Shown here piece by piece: positions 16,772-26,038 of a stretch of DNA of 41,998 nucleotides. Position 1 is the first letter of the stretch. Each line of letters begins with the position of its first letter. The DNA is from Nitrosopumilaceae archaeon (lineage in GTDB: Archaea; Thermoproteota; Nitrososphaeria; Nitrososphaerales; Nitrosopumilaceae). Under the pieces are notes generated by a model. The model did not search any database. It was not told where the DNA came from and was given only the letters and a program-made list of their open reading frames with translations. A program made the translations under genes and the position numbers. The stretch covers positions 1 to 41,998 of the forward strand of contig JAUYOQ010000131.1 in assembly GCA_030697975.1 (NCBI GenBank). The letters are read 5' to 3'.

Positions 16772-18105
16772 AACAGATTCTTGATAATGCAAGAAGATTA
16801 GTTATTCCGTCAACTAGATTACAACAAGAAAAGACAAAGGTTGCTAATCTTGCTCTTGGATTAGTGAGAGAACAGACATCAAGATATCAAGAGATAGTAG
16901 ATGTTGAATTTGGTGGTTCATATTCAAAAGGTACATGGTTACCAGACAAAGCTGATATTGATATATTCATCAAGTTTGAAAAATCAGTTTCTGAAGAAAA
17001 GTTCATTGAACTTGCAAAGAAGATTGGGTTTGACTCATTAAAAAAATTCCATCCATATGTTAGATATTCAGATCATCCTTATGTTGAAGCAAAAATTCAG
17101 GGAACAAAGGTCAACGTAGTACCATGTTATAACATAGAAAAAGGACAGTGGAAAAGTGCTGCGGATAGATCTCCGTTTCATACGCAGTTTATGCTTGAGT
17201 CTCTAACAAGTGTAATGAGAGATGAAGTTAGGCTGCTTAAGGTATTTCTTAAAACTGTTAGAATCTATGGAGCAGAAATTGCAAAACAAGGATTTAGTGG
17301 TTATGTTGTAGAGGTATTGATTTGGAATTATGGTACTTTTGAAAACGTCATCAAGGCTTTTGCAAATTTAAAACCAAATCAAATCATAGGTAATGCGTCC
17401 AAAGAGTTTGATACTACTGTAGTTATTATGGATCCTATAGATAATACTAGAAATTTAGCAGCTGCGATTTCGATTGAGAATGTTGGAAAGTTCGTACTTG
17501 CCTGTAGATCTTTTTTGAAAAAATCGTCAATGTCTTTTTTTAAATCTAAAATGAGTTCAAAAATTTCAAAGAAAAATCTAGAAAACGTTCTTGTTGTTAC
17601 ATTCAACTTCAAACCTAGAAGTCCAGATATTATTTGGGGACAGATAAAACGTGCTGCTAATTCACTTGCAACACAAATGCAGATTGAGGAATTTAAGGTT
17701 CTAAGAAAATCAGTAGTAACTGATGAAAAAACTGAGGCCGCATTATTCTTTTTACTACAATCAACTAAAATTTCTGAGTTGTATACTAGAGAAGGACCTG
17801 ATTTTTACAGTGAAACAGATTCTAGTATGTTCATAACAAAGAATGTAAAGAAGAGCAGAATCATGTGGGTAAATACTAATGGAAGAATTCACTCGTTACA
17901 AAAGCGTAATCAAGATAATGCACGATTATTTTTACAAGATTTACTAAAAAACCATTTAGATAAAACAGGCATACCAAAAGGACTCAAACCTGATTTAAAA
18001 AAAGGATTCAAAATATTTTCTGCAAGCAAAGTGACAAGTAAATTCATTAGAGAGGCGTTAACAGAACTTGTCACGACAGATAATGCGATGTTTTCTTCCA
18101 CTTGA
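16768..18105 (+). CDS. cca: CCA-adding enzyme (archaeal class I tRNA nucleotidyltransferase)
   Basis: GGSYSKGTWLPDKADIDIF catalytic motif, 445 aa. An ATGA overlap links it to thpR. Confidence 0.85.
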   Translation: MKQILDNARRLVIPSTRLQQEKTKVANLALGLVREQTSRYQEIVDVEFGGSYSKGTWLPDKADIDIFIKFEKSVSEEKFIELAKKIGFDSLKKFHPYVRYSDHPYVEAKIQGTKVNVVPCYNIEKGQWKSAADRSPFHTQFMLESLTSVMRDEVRLLKVFLKTVRIYGAEIAKQGFSGYVVEVLIWNYGTFENVIKAFANLKPNQIIGNASKEFDTTVVIMDPIDNTRNLAAAISIENVGKFVLACRSFLKKSSMSFFKSKMSSKISKKNLENVLVVTFNFKPRSPDIIWGQIKRAANSLATQMQIEEFKVLRKSVVTDEKTEAALFFLLQSTKISELYTREGPDFYSETDSSMFITKNVKKSRIMWVNTNGRIHSLQKRNQDNARLFLQDLLKNHLDKTGIPKGLKPDLKKGFKIFSASKVTSKFIREALTELVTTDNAMFSST

Positions 18106-18841
18106 TAAGTTATCTCAAGAGCCTTATTCTACAATAATTGGATACCCAAAAGCTACTAAAAAACAAATCAAGACGAGAATTATTGAATTAAAAAAACTTG
18201 GCATACAAAATGTGTCATTTCAAGGACAAACAAAAATTGGCAGCTTGAACATTTTAGGCAAAGGGTATGTCGGTGTTGTGGTCCTAGCTAGGAAAAAAAA
18301 CAAACTTGTTGCAGTAAAAATTCGTCGAACTGATGCCTCAAGAACTAATATGGTAAAAGAAGCAAAATTTCTTAAAATTGCAAATAAGGCAGGTGTTGGT
18401 CCATTGCTAATAGCAATGAGTCGGAATTTCATAATAATGGAATATTTGGATGGTAAAAAAATTGGTGAGTGGGTAAATGAATTAAAGAGTAAGAGAGATA
18501 TCAAGTTATTAAAATCAGTAATGCAAAAGATTTTGGAAGACTGTTATAGTCTTGATGTAATTGGTCTGGATCATGGAGAGTTAAGTACTATTTCAAAACA
18601 TGCAGTTATTGGAAAGTCAAAAACAGCCATAATTGATTTTGAGAGCGCCAGTACCCAAAGAAGAGTTTCTAATGTAACATCTGCCACTCAGGCAATTTGT
18701 ATTGGTTCTGGAATATCAAAGATTGTTAGAAAAATATACAGAATGCCTTCAAAAAATAAAATTATCAAGATTTTAAGATCATATAAACAAGAACAAAATC
18801 GGCAAAACTTTGAAGAAATTTTAAAGGTTTTAAAGTTATAA
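18083..18841 (+). CDS. small protein-kinase-fold protein (RIO/COG2112-like)
   Basis: Gly-loop LGKGYVGVV, VAVKIRR lysine, DHGELS catalytic-like loop and IDFESA. ATG 18083 overlaps the cca 3' end. Confidence 0.55.
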   Translation: MRCFLPLDKLSQEPYSTIIGYPKATKKQIKTRIIELKKLGIQNVSFQGQTKIGSLNILGKGYVGVVVLARKKNKLVAVKIRRTDASRTNMVKEAKFLKIANKAGVGPLLIAMSRNFIIMEYLDGKKIGEWVNELKSKRDIKLLKSVMQKILEDCYSLDVIGLDHGELSTISKHAVIGKSKTAIIDFESASTQRRVSNVTSATQAICIGSGISKIVRKIYRMPSKNKIIKILRSYKQEQNRQNFEEILKVLKL

Positions 18842-18882
18842 CCAAAACAACTCGTATAAGAAATTGATAGACTGACAATGAA

Positions 18883-18957
18883 TGGGACCGGCAGGATTTG
18901 AACCTGCGACCTCCAGCACCCCAGGCTGGCATCATGGCCAAACTAGACGACGGCCCC
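18883..18957 (-). tRNA. tRNA-Pro (anticodon GGG), no encoded CCA
   Basis: Reverse complement is GGGGCCG-TC-...-CCAGC CUGGGGU GCUGG-AGGUC-GCAGG UUCAAAU CCUGC-CGGUCCC-A.
- The acceptor stem is 7 bp with one G-U pair.
- The anticodon loop has U33 and GGG at positions 34-36.
- The T-loop is canonical.
- ATT rather than CCA follows the discriminator. Confidence 0.85.
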
Positions 18958-19014
18958 CAAGTGTTGAAGCAAAAAGTGAAATTATTAAATCGTCGGATCA
19001 ATTAACTAAGAGTA

Positions 19015-19224
19015 TTGAAGGTTTGCTCTATTTGTCATAAGATTTCAGCATCTAATGAAGATCATTTAGATTGCCAACAAAAAAGAAGGATCGAATTAGA
19101 AGATGAGAATCTAAAGCTAAATCTACCTGAAAGATTTGCTACTGCAAAAAATATTGGTGATCTTGATATAGAGATTAAAGCTATTTTAGAACATGTGACT
19201 AAAGATAAAGAAAAAAAGTCATAG
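19015..19224 (+). CDS. hypothetical small protein (weak call)
   Basis: 69-aa ORF with a TTG start. It has CSICH..HLDC at the N-terminus and a charged helical tail. It overlaps the convergent oxidoreductase gene by 6 nt. Confidence 0.25.
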   Translation: MKVCSICHKISASNEDHLDCQQKRRIELEDENLKLNLPERFATAKNIGDLDIEIKAILEHVTKDKEKKS

Positions 19225-20367
19225 CCATTTTTCTAATCGATCTACTTCAAATTTTTCTTTTTCTTGCATGTGTTGTGTTGTCGGACTTTTTAGTAAAGTG
19301 AGTGGAGTTGGTTTGGAAAACATGTCTACTTCAATATATCCTGCCTGATTTGTTCCCAGCTCTACAAAACATCCACCTTTTCCATCAAAAACTGCTTTTT
19401 CTTTTTCGCGTATTATTTTTGCAATGATGTTTCTTGCAACTGTAATTCCTTGTTCTTCAGCAAAGATCCCTGCTTTTGGTACAACAATAGAATCTGTTAC
19501 CTTCATGCTTGTGACATCGCCAATTGCATAAACGTTATCAAACATTGTCTTACAATCTCTATTTACATTGATAAATTCGCCTTCCTTTGCAAGTCCAGAA
19601 TCATATACGGATTTTGGGGCTCTGTGAGGAGGAACAGCTATTAATAGATCAAATTCTTTCTCACCATTTTCAAATTTGAGTTTGTTTGGCTCGACTTGAA
19701 TGGTTTTATGCAGACCATGGAATGTGATGTTTTCTGATTTTAACAGTTCCAAGAGTTGTTGGCTAACTTCTGGTCCTGCTATTGGCAATGTAAGTGGGGC
19801 TGGACTGTAAAAGTCAATTTGTACTGCGTCACGAACACCTGCCTCTTTTAACATTGTATTAATGATAAAAGCTGCCTCAAATGGGGCTGGGGGGCATTTG
19901 TATGGCATGCCCATTATTGCAAAGCCAAGTTTACCAGATTTTAGATGTTTTATTTTTTCATGAATTTTTGGAACATCGTTTATGTCGTATAGGATCATTC
20001 CATTGTCTAGCAATCCTGGAATTTTTTCTGATGCAAGCTCTACACCTAGTGAGATGATAAGATAATCATATGATATTTTTCTAGTGGATGTCACTACCGT
20101 TTGTTTTTGTGGCTCAATTTTTATCACATCTTCATTGAGAAATTCTATGCCTTTTCTTGTAATCGAGTTTAAAGGTCGTTTTGATGTTTCAAACTTTCTT
20201 GTTCCTTTGATTATCCATAGCTTTACCAGATCCATCATAAACCAGTCTTTTTTGTCTATAACCGTAATTTTCACATTTGATCGAGCATTAGCTTTTAATT
20301 CATTAGCAGCTGCAAGACCTCCAAATCCTGCTCCTAAAATTAAAACATGAATAGATTGATCAGACAA
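19219..20367 (-). CDS. FAD-dependent pyridine nucleotide-disulfide oxidoreductase (sulfide:quinone reductase / NDH-2-like)
   Basis: N-terminal Rossmann motif VLILGAGFGGLAAA and a second dinucleotide fold. GD motif AIGDV. 382 aa. Confidence 0.7.
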   Translation of the reverse strand: MSDQSIHVLILGAGFGGLAAANELKANARSNVKITVIDKKDWFMMDLVKLWIIKGTRKFETSKRPLNSITRKGIEFLNEDVIKIEPQKQTVVTSTRKISYDYLIISLGVELASEKIPGLLDNGMILYDINDVPKIHEKIKHLKSGKLGFAIMGMPYKCPPAPFEAAFIINTMLKEAGVRDAVQIDFYSPAPLTLPIAGPEVSQQLLELLKSENITFHGLHKTIQVEPNKLKFENGEKEFDLLIAVPPHRAPKSVYDSGLAKEGEFINVNRDCKTMFDNVYAIGDVTSMKVTDSIVVPKAGIFAEEQGITVARNIIAKIIREKEKAVFDGKGGCFVELGTNQAGYIEVDMFSKPTPLTLLKSPTTQHMQEKEKFEVDRLEKWL

Positions 20368-20368
20368 A

Positions 20369-21109
20369 TTATCTTTCTTGAGAAGTCGGTCTTATCAAAA
20401 CTTCATTAACATTTACATGGTTTGGAACTTGTACTGCAAATAAAATAGCATTTGCAATATCTTCTGCTTTCAATGCTCCCATTTTCTTTGTATTTTCAAT
20501 AAATCCTTTTAATGAATCATCAGTTATCGTGTTTGTAAGCTCTGTTGCAACTACACCTGGCTCAATTGTTGTAATCCTAATGTTTGATCTTGGACTCAGT
20601 TCTTGTCGTAGTCCCTCACTAAATGCAGTTACAGCATGTTTTGTCGCACAATAAACACTTCCTGCTGGAAAAACAACTCTTCCAGCTACTGATGATATGT
20701 TGACTATATGGCCAGATTGCTTTTCTAACATGTATGGCAGTACTGCAGCCGTACAATACAATACGCCCTTAATGTTAACGTCAATCATTTTATCCCATTC
20801 ATCAACCTTCAACTTTTTTACAAAACTTAGAGGCATCAGTCCCGCATTATTTACCAAAATGTCTATTGTTCCATATTTTTTAACTGTAGCTTTCACAAAT
20901 GAATCGCAATCTGATTTTTGTGTTACATCTAATTTTTGTGAAAAAACATCTCCGCCATTTTGTATAATCTCATTTTGGAGTTTATCTAGCAAGTCAGTTC
21001 TTCTAGCCCCAATTGCAACTTTAGCGCCGCCTTTTGAGAGTGCTATTGCAGTAGCATAACCAATTCCACTACTTGCACCTGTGATTATTGCGATCTTTCC
21101 CTCAATCAT
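20369..21109 (-). CDS. short-chain dehydrogenase/reductase (SDR)
   Basis: TGASSGIGYATA, NNAG and the YCATKHAV catalytic motif. Confidence 0.85.
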   Translation of the reverse strand: MIEGKIAIITGASSGIGYATAIALSKGGAKVAIGARRTDLLDKLQNEIIQNGGDVFSQKLDVTQKSDCDSFVKATVKKYGTIDILVNNAGLMPLSFVKKLKVDEWDKMIDVNIKGVLYCTAAVLPYMLEKQSGHIVNISSVAGRVVFPAGSVYCATKHAVTAFSEGLRQELSPRSNIRITTIEPGVVATELTNTITDDSLKGFIENTKKMGALKAEDIANAILFAVQVPNHVNVNEVLIRPTSQER

Positions 21110-21232
21110 AAGAATCTATTACCAGCTTCTTTGTACCGTAAATATATTTTAGTAATAGTAATCAAATTGTATGCCTTTACAAAAATTGTTTTTTTAACTA
21201 TAATTTAATAAAGAAAAGGAGCTAGTTTCCTC

Positions 21233-21451
21233 ATGAAGGCAGCAAAGTGCGCTTATTGTGGAGATATGCAAGATATGCCTTTTGAATGTAATTACTGTAA
21301 AGATCCTTTTTGTGCTGAGCATAGACTGCCTGAAGAACATAGATGTGTTAAATTATCTCAGCTCAGAGTTAAGAGATTTGGAGAAAGAAGAGTAATTCGC
21401 GACAAAAGCAATGCGGGTTTTTTTAAAAAAATGTTTGGCAAATTTAGATAG
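21233..21451 (+). CDS. AN1-type zinc-finger protein
   Basis: CAYC-x9-CNYC-x4-C-x2-H-x5-H-x-C matches the AN1 spacing exactly. 72 aa. Confidence 0.75.
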   Translation: MKAAKCAYCGDMQDMPFECNYCKDPFCAEHRLPEEHRCVKLSQLRVKRFGERRVIRDKSNAGFFKKMFGKFR

Positions 21452-21453
21452 AG

Positions 21454-21729
21454 TTAGTATATTGATTTATCCGGATGAATCTTTGCACGTCGTGCTTGAT
21501 AAAATAGTGTTACAGATAATGCAAACAAGACAACTGATGTAAGCCAATGTGCAGTGATTACTGTGACATATGTTACTGCAAATGCTGCTGAGATAATTCC
21601 TTGTGTAATTAGTTTTGACCAAGAAGGAATCTTTAGTTTCCTGCTACTTATCTCAACTATAAAAATCCCTATTACTGGATATATTGTTATTAAAAGAAAA
21701 TCAACTACGTCTATATCAAGATGAGACAT
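21454..21729 (-). CDS. small membrane protein (3 TM), unknown function
   Basis: 91-aa hydrophobic ORF. Confidence 0.4.
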   Translation of the reverse strand: MSHLDIDVVDFLLITIYPVIGIFIVEISSRKLKIPSWSKLITQGIISAAFAVTYVTVITAHWLTSVVLFALSVTLFYQARRAKIHPDKSIY

Positions 21730-21760
21730 GATTTAGACGGATTCTAGGTGTAATTTCTAT

Positions 21761-22309
21761 CTAGTCTTCCAAGTGAATTTTTGCTACAATGTTTTTTGTT
21801 ATGAGTGCTTGAGCATTCTCATAGGGAATTGTTGCTATATCTTCTACCTTAAAAGGACCGTATTTCTCTAGATCTGCGCCAACTATTTGATCAGTCTCTT
21901 TTAGAAAACGCACTACAATCGGTTTTGTTTTGTGTTTCTGCGATATAGATTCTAAGAATTTGGGTTTTCCGTTTAATAATCCAGAAAGGATCATTTCTTT
22001 TCTTTCTTCCATTTCAGTTTGTGCATCAAGAATAAATTTTTCTTCATTCATCAAGTTGGTATGAGTGGTATTCAATGCTTTTTCAAGTCTGATTTTTAAA
22101 AGAAGCGAGACGATATCGGTAATAATCATAACTAACGCATCTTTTACTTTGGATTCAATACCATCATATCCTTCACTTTTTAGTTTACTAACAAAATTAG
22201 AAATTGAAATGTAAAGATCTGGAGAGACTTCTTGTACTGTATCGTTTTCAGTTTCTCGTAACAAAGTAGCATACAATGAATTTACATCAATTTCTGTTTC
22301 TTCCATCAA
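21761..22309 (-). CDS. possible GINS subunit (Gins51-like)
   Basis: 182 aa. The N-terminal half is helical. The C-terminal beta segment (VVRFLKETDQIVGADLEKYGPFKVEDIATIPYENAQALI) resembles the archaeal Gins51 B-domain as I remember it. This is unverified. Confidence 0.45.
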   Translation of the reverse strand: MMEETEIDVNSLYATLLRETENDTVQEVSPDLYISISNFVSKLKSEGYDGIESKVKDALVMIITDIVSLLLKIRLEKALNTTHTNLMNEEKFILDAQTEMEERKEMILSGLLNGKPKFLESISQKHKTKPIVVRFLKETDQIVGADLEKYGPFKVEDIATIPYENAQALITKNIVAKIHLED

Positions 22310-22359
22310 ACATCAACAGCCTTAAATGGTGGAACTATTTGTGTTAGCTGGAATACAAA

Positions 22360-23820
22360 TTGCCATATAAAGTGATTGATGGAAAGGCTACACAAATAAC
22401 ATATTCTCCTGATGAAGTTTTTTCGAAAATAAAACATGAGCAGATCAGGTTTGTAGATCTACAATTTTCTAGCTTGCTTGGTAGATTTCATCATACTACA
22501 ATATCTGCCAACATGTTCACGCCAGAACAGATGCAAGATGGGCTACCAAAACTTGATGGTTCATCAATTGTAGGTTTTACTACCATTGATGATTCTGATC
22601 TTATACTCAAACCAGATCCAAACTCTTATGCTGCTATACCATGGATAACAGAAAAGAAAACTGCACGACTTATCTGTGATATTTATTGGGGGGGTGGAAG
22701 AGGAAGATTAGAGAGAGATCCTCGAAGCATAGCACAAAAGGCAGAGAGTTATCTTAAGGCTCAAGGTTTTGATTATAGTGTATGGGGTCCTGAAGTAGAA
22801 TTTTTCGTTTTTGATAAAGTACATTGGGATGTATTGACACCTTACAAGGGTCAATCATATTCAATTGAATCAATAGAGGCGCCGTGGAGCCAAGAAGGAA
22901 CAGGATATCCAATGGGTCTTAAGGAAGGATACTATCCAAGCACTCCTTCCGATACTTTGACGCCATTTCGTAACGAGTGTGTAGATGTGTTAAACGAATC
23001 TTTTGGGATTTTATGCGATAATCATCATCATGAGGTTGCAACCGCTGGTCAGTGTGAGATTGACATAAAATATGATTTTCTAACAAATGCTGGAGATGCA
23101 ACGCAAACCTACAAGTTTGTAGTACGAAACATAGCACAAAAATTCGGTAAAGTTGCTACAATGATGCCAAAACCCATTGCCATGGATGCGGGTTCTGGAA
23201 TGCATACTAATGTTAGTCTATGGAAAGATGAGAAAAATGCATTCTTTGATGAAAGTGATAAGGATGAGCTTAGTCAGGTTGGGAGATATTTTTGCGGCGG
23301 TATAATTAATCATGCAAAGTCTCTTTCAGCTATTACAAATCCTACTACCAATTCATATCACAGACTTATACCAGGTTATGAGGCTCCTACTTACATAGCA
23401 TGGAGTGCAAGTAATAGATCTGCAATAGTTAGAATGCCTCAACACTTCAAGGGCACAAAATACTCGTATCTAAAAAGACTAGAGTTTAGAGCTCCAGATC
23501 CTTCATCAAATCCTTATCTTGTTTTCTCAGCAGTCTTAGCTGCAGGTCTTGAGGGGATTAAGAAAAAGTTAGATCCTGGTGATCAAATTCATGAAGACAT
23601 CTACAAGATGACAAAAGTGGAACGAAGGAAAAGAGGAATAGCTGTCCTTCCATCTAGTTTAGGAGAAGCACTTGATGAACTTGAGAGTGACAGAAAATTC
23701 CTTAATCCAATTTTTAGTAACGATGTTATAGATAAAATAATTGAGTTAGAAAGAAAAGATCAGCGGGAGATTTCATTAAGGCCACATCCTCACGAGTTTT
23801 ATCTTTATTTTGATGTGTAG
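22360..23820 (+). CDS. glnA: glutamine synthetase, type I
   Basis: N-terminal beta-grasp (IRFVDLQF), GSGMHTNVSLW, NSYHRL and EFRAPD motifs. 486 aa with a TTG start. Confidence 0.9.
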   Translation: MPYKVIDGKATQITYSPDEVFSKIKHEQIRFVDLQFSSLLGRFHHTTISANMFTPEQMQDGLPKLDGSSIVGFTTIDDSDLILKPDPNSYAAIPWITEKKTARLICDIYWGGGRGRLERDPRSIAQKAESYLKAQGFDYSVWGPEVEFFVFDKVHWDVLTPYKGQSYSIESIEAPWSQEGTGYPMGLKEGYYPSTPSDTLTPFRNECVDVLNESFGILCDNHHHEVATAGQCEIDIKYDFLTNAGDATQTYKFVVRNIAQKFGKVATMMPKPIAMDAGSGMHTNVSLWKDEKNAFFDESDKDELSQVGRYFCGGIINHAKSLSAITNPTTNSYHRLIPGYEAPTYIAWSASNRSAIVRMPQHFKGTKYSYLKRLEFRAPDPSSNPYLVFSAVLAAGLEGIKKKLDPGDQIHEDIYKMTKVERRKRGIAVLPSSLGEALDELESDRKFLNPIFSNDVIDKIIELERKDQREISLRPHPHEFYLYFDV

Positions 23821-23823
23821 ACT

Positions 23824-24231
23824 CTAGAAAGTGATCAGTGGTTTTCCCATTATATCATAAATGAAAATTAGAGATATTGTGATTAATGCAAAGCCGCTTC
23901 CAAGATAGATCATTCTTCGTTTTTCCGATGTGGCAGCTTTGTAAACTAGAATTGCGCCTCCAAGTCCAACAAACAGGACTATCACTCCAATTATTACAAG
24001 ATCAAAACTATGACCGGTAATAAGTGGACTGAAAAATCCTGCTAGCAGTGCAAAGAAAACAGTTATGTAAACATATTTTATGCCATTAAGAATTTTTGAG
24101 CCTTTCTCAGTTGTTAGTCTTTGTTTTGGAATGTTTTTTTCACTATCACCGGTTGAAGATTTTGCAGTCTCTTCTTTTTCGGAATCTGTTTGTTTGATTT
24201 TTTTATAAAAAAAATTTTTCTTTTTAGCCAA
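23824..24231 (-). CDS. membrane protein with a charged N-terminal tail, unknown function
   Basis: 135 aa with three hydrophobic helices. It starts 4 nt downstream of the thermosome stop on the same strand. Confidence 0.45.
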   Translation of the reverse strand: MAKKKNFFYKKIKQTDSEKEETAKSSTGDSEKNIPKQRLTTEKGSKILNGIKYVYITVFFALLAGFFSPLITGHSFDLVIIGVIVLFVGLGGAILVYKAATSEKRRMIYLGSGFALITISLIFIYDIMGKPLITF

Positions 24232-24234
24232 TGT

Positions 24235-25932
24235 CTACATATCCATGCCGCCCATGTCTGGCATGCCACCCATACCACCCATGCCGCCCATTCCCATACC
24301 TGGCATACCACCAGGAGGCATACCGCCTTCACCACCATGTGGTGGACCAGCAGTTTTGGAAGTAGCTATTACATCGTCAATTCTTAGTATCATACAGGCT
24401 GCCTCAGTAGCAGCAGAGATAATTTGTTGCTTAACAACCAAAGGCTCAATTATATCACTTGATTTCATGTTTGCGACTTTTGCTTTCATGACATCAACGC
24501 CTATCCATTTTTCACCCTTTAGTTGTTTTGAGCGAAGGTTTGTAAGCGTATCAATTGGATCCATTCCCGCATTTTCAGCTAGTGTAAGTGGAATGGACTC
24601 TAATGCCTCTGCAAACTTTTCAGCTGCTAGTTGTTCACGGCCTTCCAAAGTCTTTGACCATGTCCTTAGTTTTGTTGCAGTATAGGTCTCAGGTGCGCCG
24701 CCACCTGCAACTATAGAAGGCATCTCCATTACATCTTTTACAACCATTATAGAATCATGAACTGATCTTTCTACTTCATCAACAACTCTTTGTGAGCCAC
24801 CTCGTAGTAAGAGGGAGACCGATTTTGGATGTCTACATCCTTCAACGAAAACCCATCTGTCCTCTTCAATCTTTCTTTCTTCTACTAGTTGGGCTGTACC
24901 AAGATCTTTTTCAAATAGATCATCAAGGTTTGTTGTAATCCTAGCACCTGTTGCTTTTGCAAGTTTTGTCATATCACTTTCTTTTACTCGTCTTACTGTT
25001 AGTATCCCTGCTTTTGCAAGGTAGTGTTGTACCATGTCATCAACTCCCTTTTGACAGATAAGGACAGTAGCGCCTGATGCAACAATCTTATCAACCATGG
25101 TTTTTAGCATTCTGTTTTCTTCATCTAGAAACGTTTTCAATTGTTGGGGATTGGAGATGTTAATTTTAGCATCAGTTTCTGTTTTGTTGATTTCAAGTGC
25201 GGTGTTTACAAGTGCAATTTTTGCCTCAGAAGCTTTTTTTGGCATTCCAGCATGAACTACTTCTTTATCAAGAACTATTCCTTCAATTATTAATGAGTCT
25301 TTAATCGATTTTCCTGCTTTCTTTTCTACTTTGATATCATCTTCATCAACGTGATATGTCTCGCCGTCTTTTTCAGCAACAGCTAGTACAGCTTGAACAA
25401 CTATGTCAGCAAGATGGCTAGAATCCTTTCTAACAAGTTTTGTTTGCATTGCTGTTTTTGCAATTTTTTGTAAAAGTGTTTTATCGTTTGGAGAAACGGT
25501 ATCAGCTATTTCCTGCAATAGTTGCTTTGCTTTTTTTGCAGCCTTTCTATACCCATCTACAATGATTGTGGGGTGAACATCTTGATTTATCAAAGATTCT
25601 GCGCTTTCTAATAACGCACCGGCGAGCACCACAACAGATGTTGTTCCATCACCAACTTCATTATCAGTTGTTTTAGAAATTTCGACTAGCATCTTTGCAG
25701 CTGGGTGTTGAACATCAATTTCTTTTAAAATAGTAGCACCATCATTAGTAATTGTAACATCGCCTAGATCATCTACAAGCATTTTATCCATCCCACGCGG
25801 ACCCAAACTGGTGTGAACGATTTCAGCAATAATTTTAGCAGCTGCAATGTTGTTTCTTTGAGCTTCACGCCCCTTAGTTTCGGTTGCGCCTTCTTTTAGT
25901 AAAATAACAGGCATGGTTCCTCTAATACTCAT
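24235..25932 (-). CDS. ths: thermosome subunit (group II chaperonin)
   Basis: [18 protein letters not shown] and VGDGTTS motifs, plus a C-terminal GGM-repeat tail. Confidence 0.95.
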   Translation of the reverse strand: MSIRGTMPVILLKEGATETKGREAQRNNIAAAKIIAEIVHTSLGPRGMDKMLVDDLGDVTITNDGATILKEIDVQHPAAKMLVEISKTTDNEVGDGTTSVVVLAGALLESAESLINQDVHPTIIVDGYRKAAKKAKQLLQEIADTVSPNDKTLLQKIAKTAMQTKLVRKDSSHLADIVVQAVLAVAEKDGETYHVDEDDIKVEKKAGKSIKDSLIIEGIVLDKEVVHAGMPKKASEAKIALVNTALEINKTETDAKINISNPQQLKTFLDEENRMLKTMVDKIVASGATVLICQKGVDDMVQHYLAKAGILTVRRVKESDMTKLAKATGARITTNLDDLFEKDLGTAQLVEERKIEEDRWVFVEGCRHPKSVSLLLRGGSQRVVDEVERSVHDSIMVVKDVMEMPSIVAGGGAPETYTATKLRTWSKTLEGREQLAAEKFAEALESIPLTLAENAGMDPIDTLTNLRSKQLKGEKWIGVDVMKAKVANMKSSDIIEPLVVKQQIISAATEAACMILRIDDVIATSKTAGPPHGGEGGMPPGGMPGMGMGGMGGMGGMPDMGGMDM

Positions 25933-25956
25933 TAATCGACAAGCGACACTTTCCCC

Positions 25957-25964
25957 TTTTATAT
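25957..25964 (-). promoter_or_regulatory. candidate TATA box of the thermosome gene
   Basis: The minus strand reads ATATAAAA about 25-32 nt upstream of the ATG, preceded by a purine-rich BRE-like AAGAAG. This implies a leaderless or short-leader mRNA. Confidence 0.3.
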
Positions 25965-26007
25965 CTTCTTGACATTATGACGATCTTGAAAATTGTATCA
26001 AGCGGTG

Positions 26008-26016
26008 TTTTTAAAT
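26008..26016 (+). promoter_or_regulatory. candidate TATA box of glyA
   Basis: TTTTTAAAT is centred about 27 nt upstream of ATG 26039. Confidence 0.3.
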
Positions 26017-26038
26017 TGGGAAAACTGGTTCGCAAGGC

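Noticed and set aside
18765-19001. 78-aa track ORF on the minus strand.
   Set aside because: It runs straight through the well-formed tRNA-Pro gene (18883-18957), so it is spurious.
24235-24340. Short-period nucleotide repeat (catgcc/cccat units), which also gives rise to the overlapping track ORFs 24114-24338, 24190-24387 and 24245-24685.
   Set aside because: It encodes the GGM-repeat C-terminal tail typical of chaperonins. It is therefore a coding low-complexity region, not a CRISPR array or a regulatory repeat. The overlapping ORFs are artefacts.
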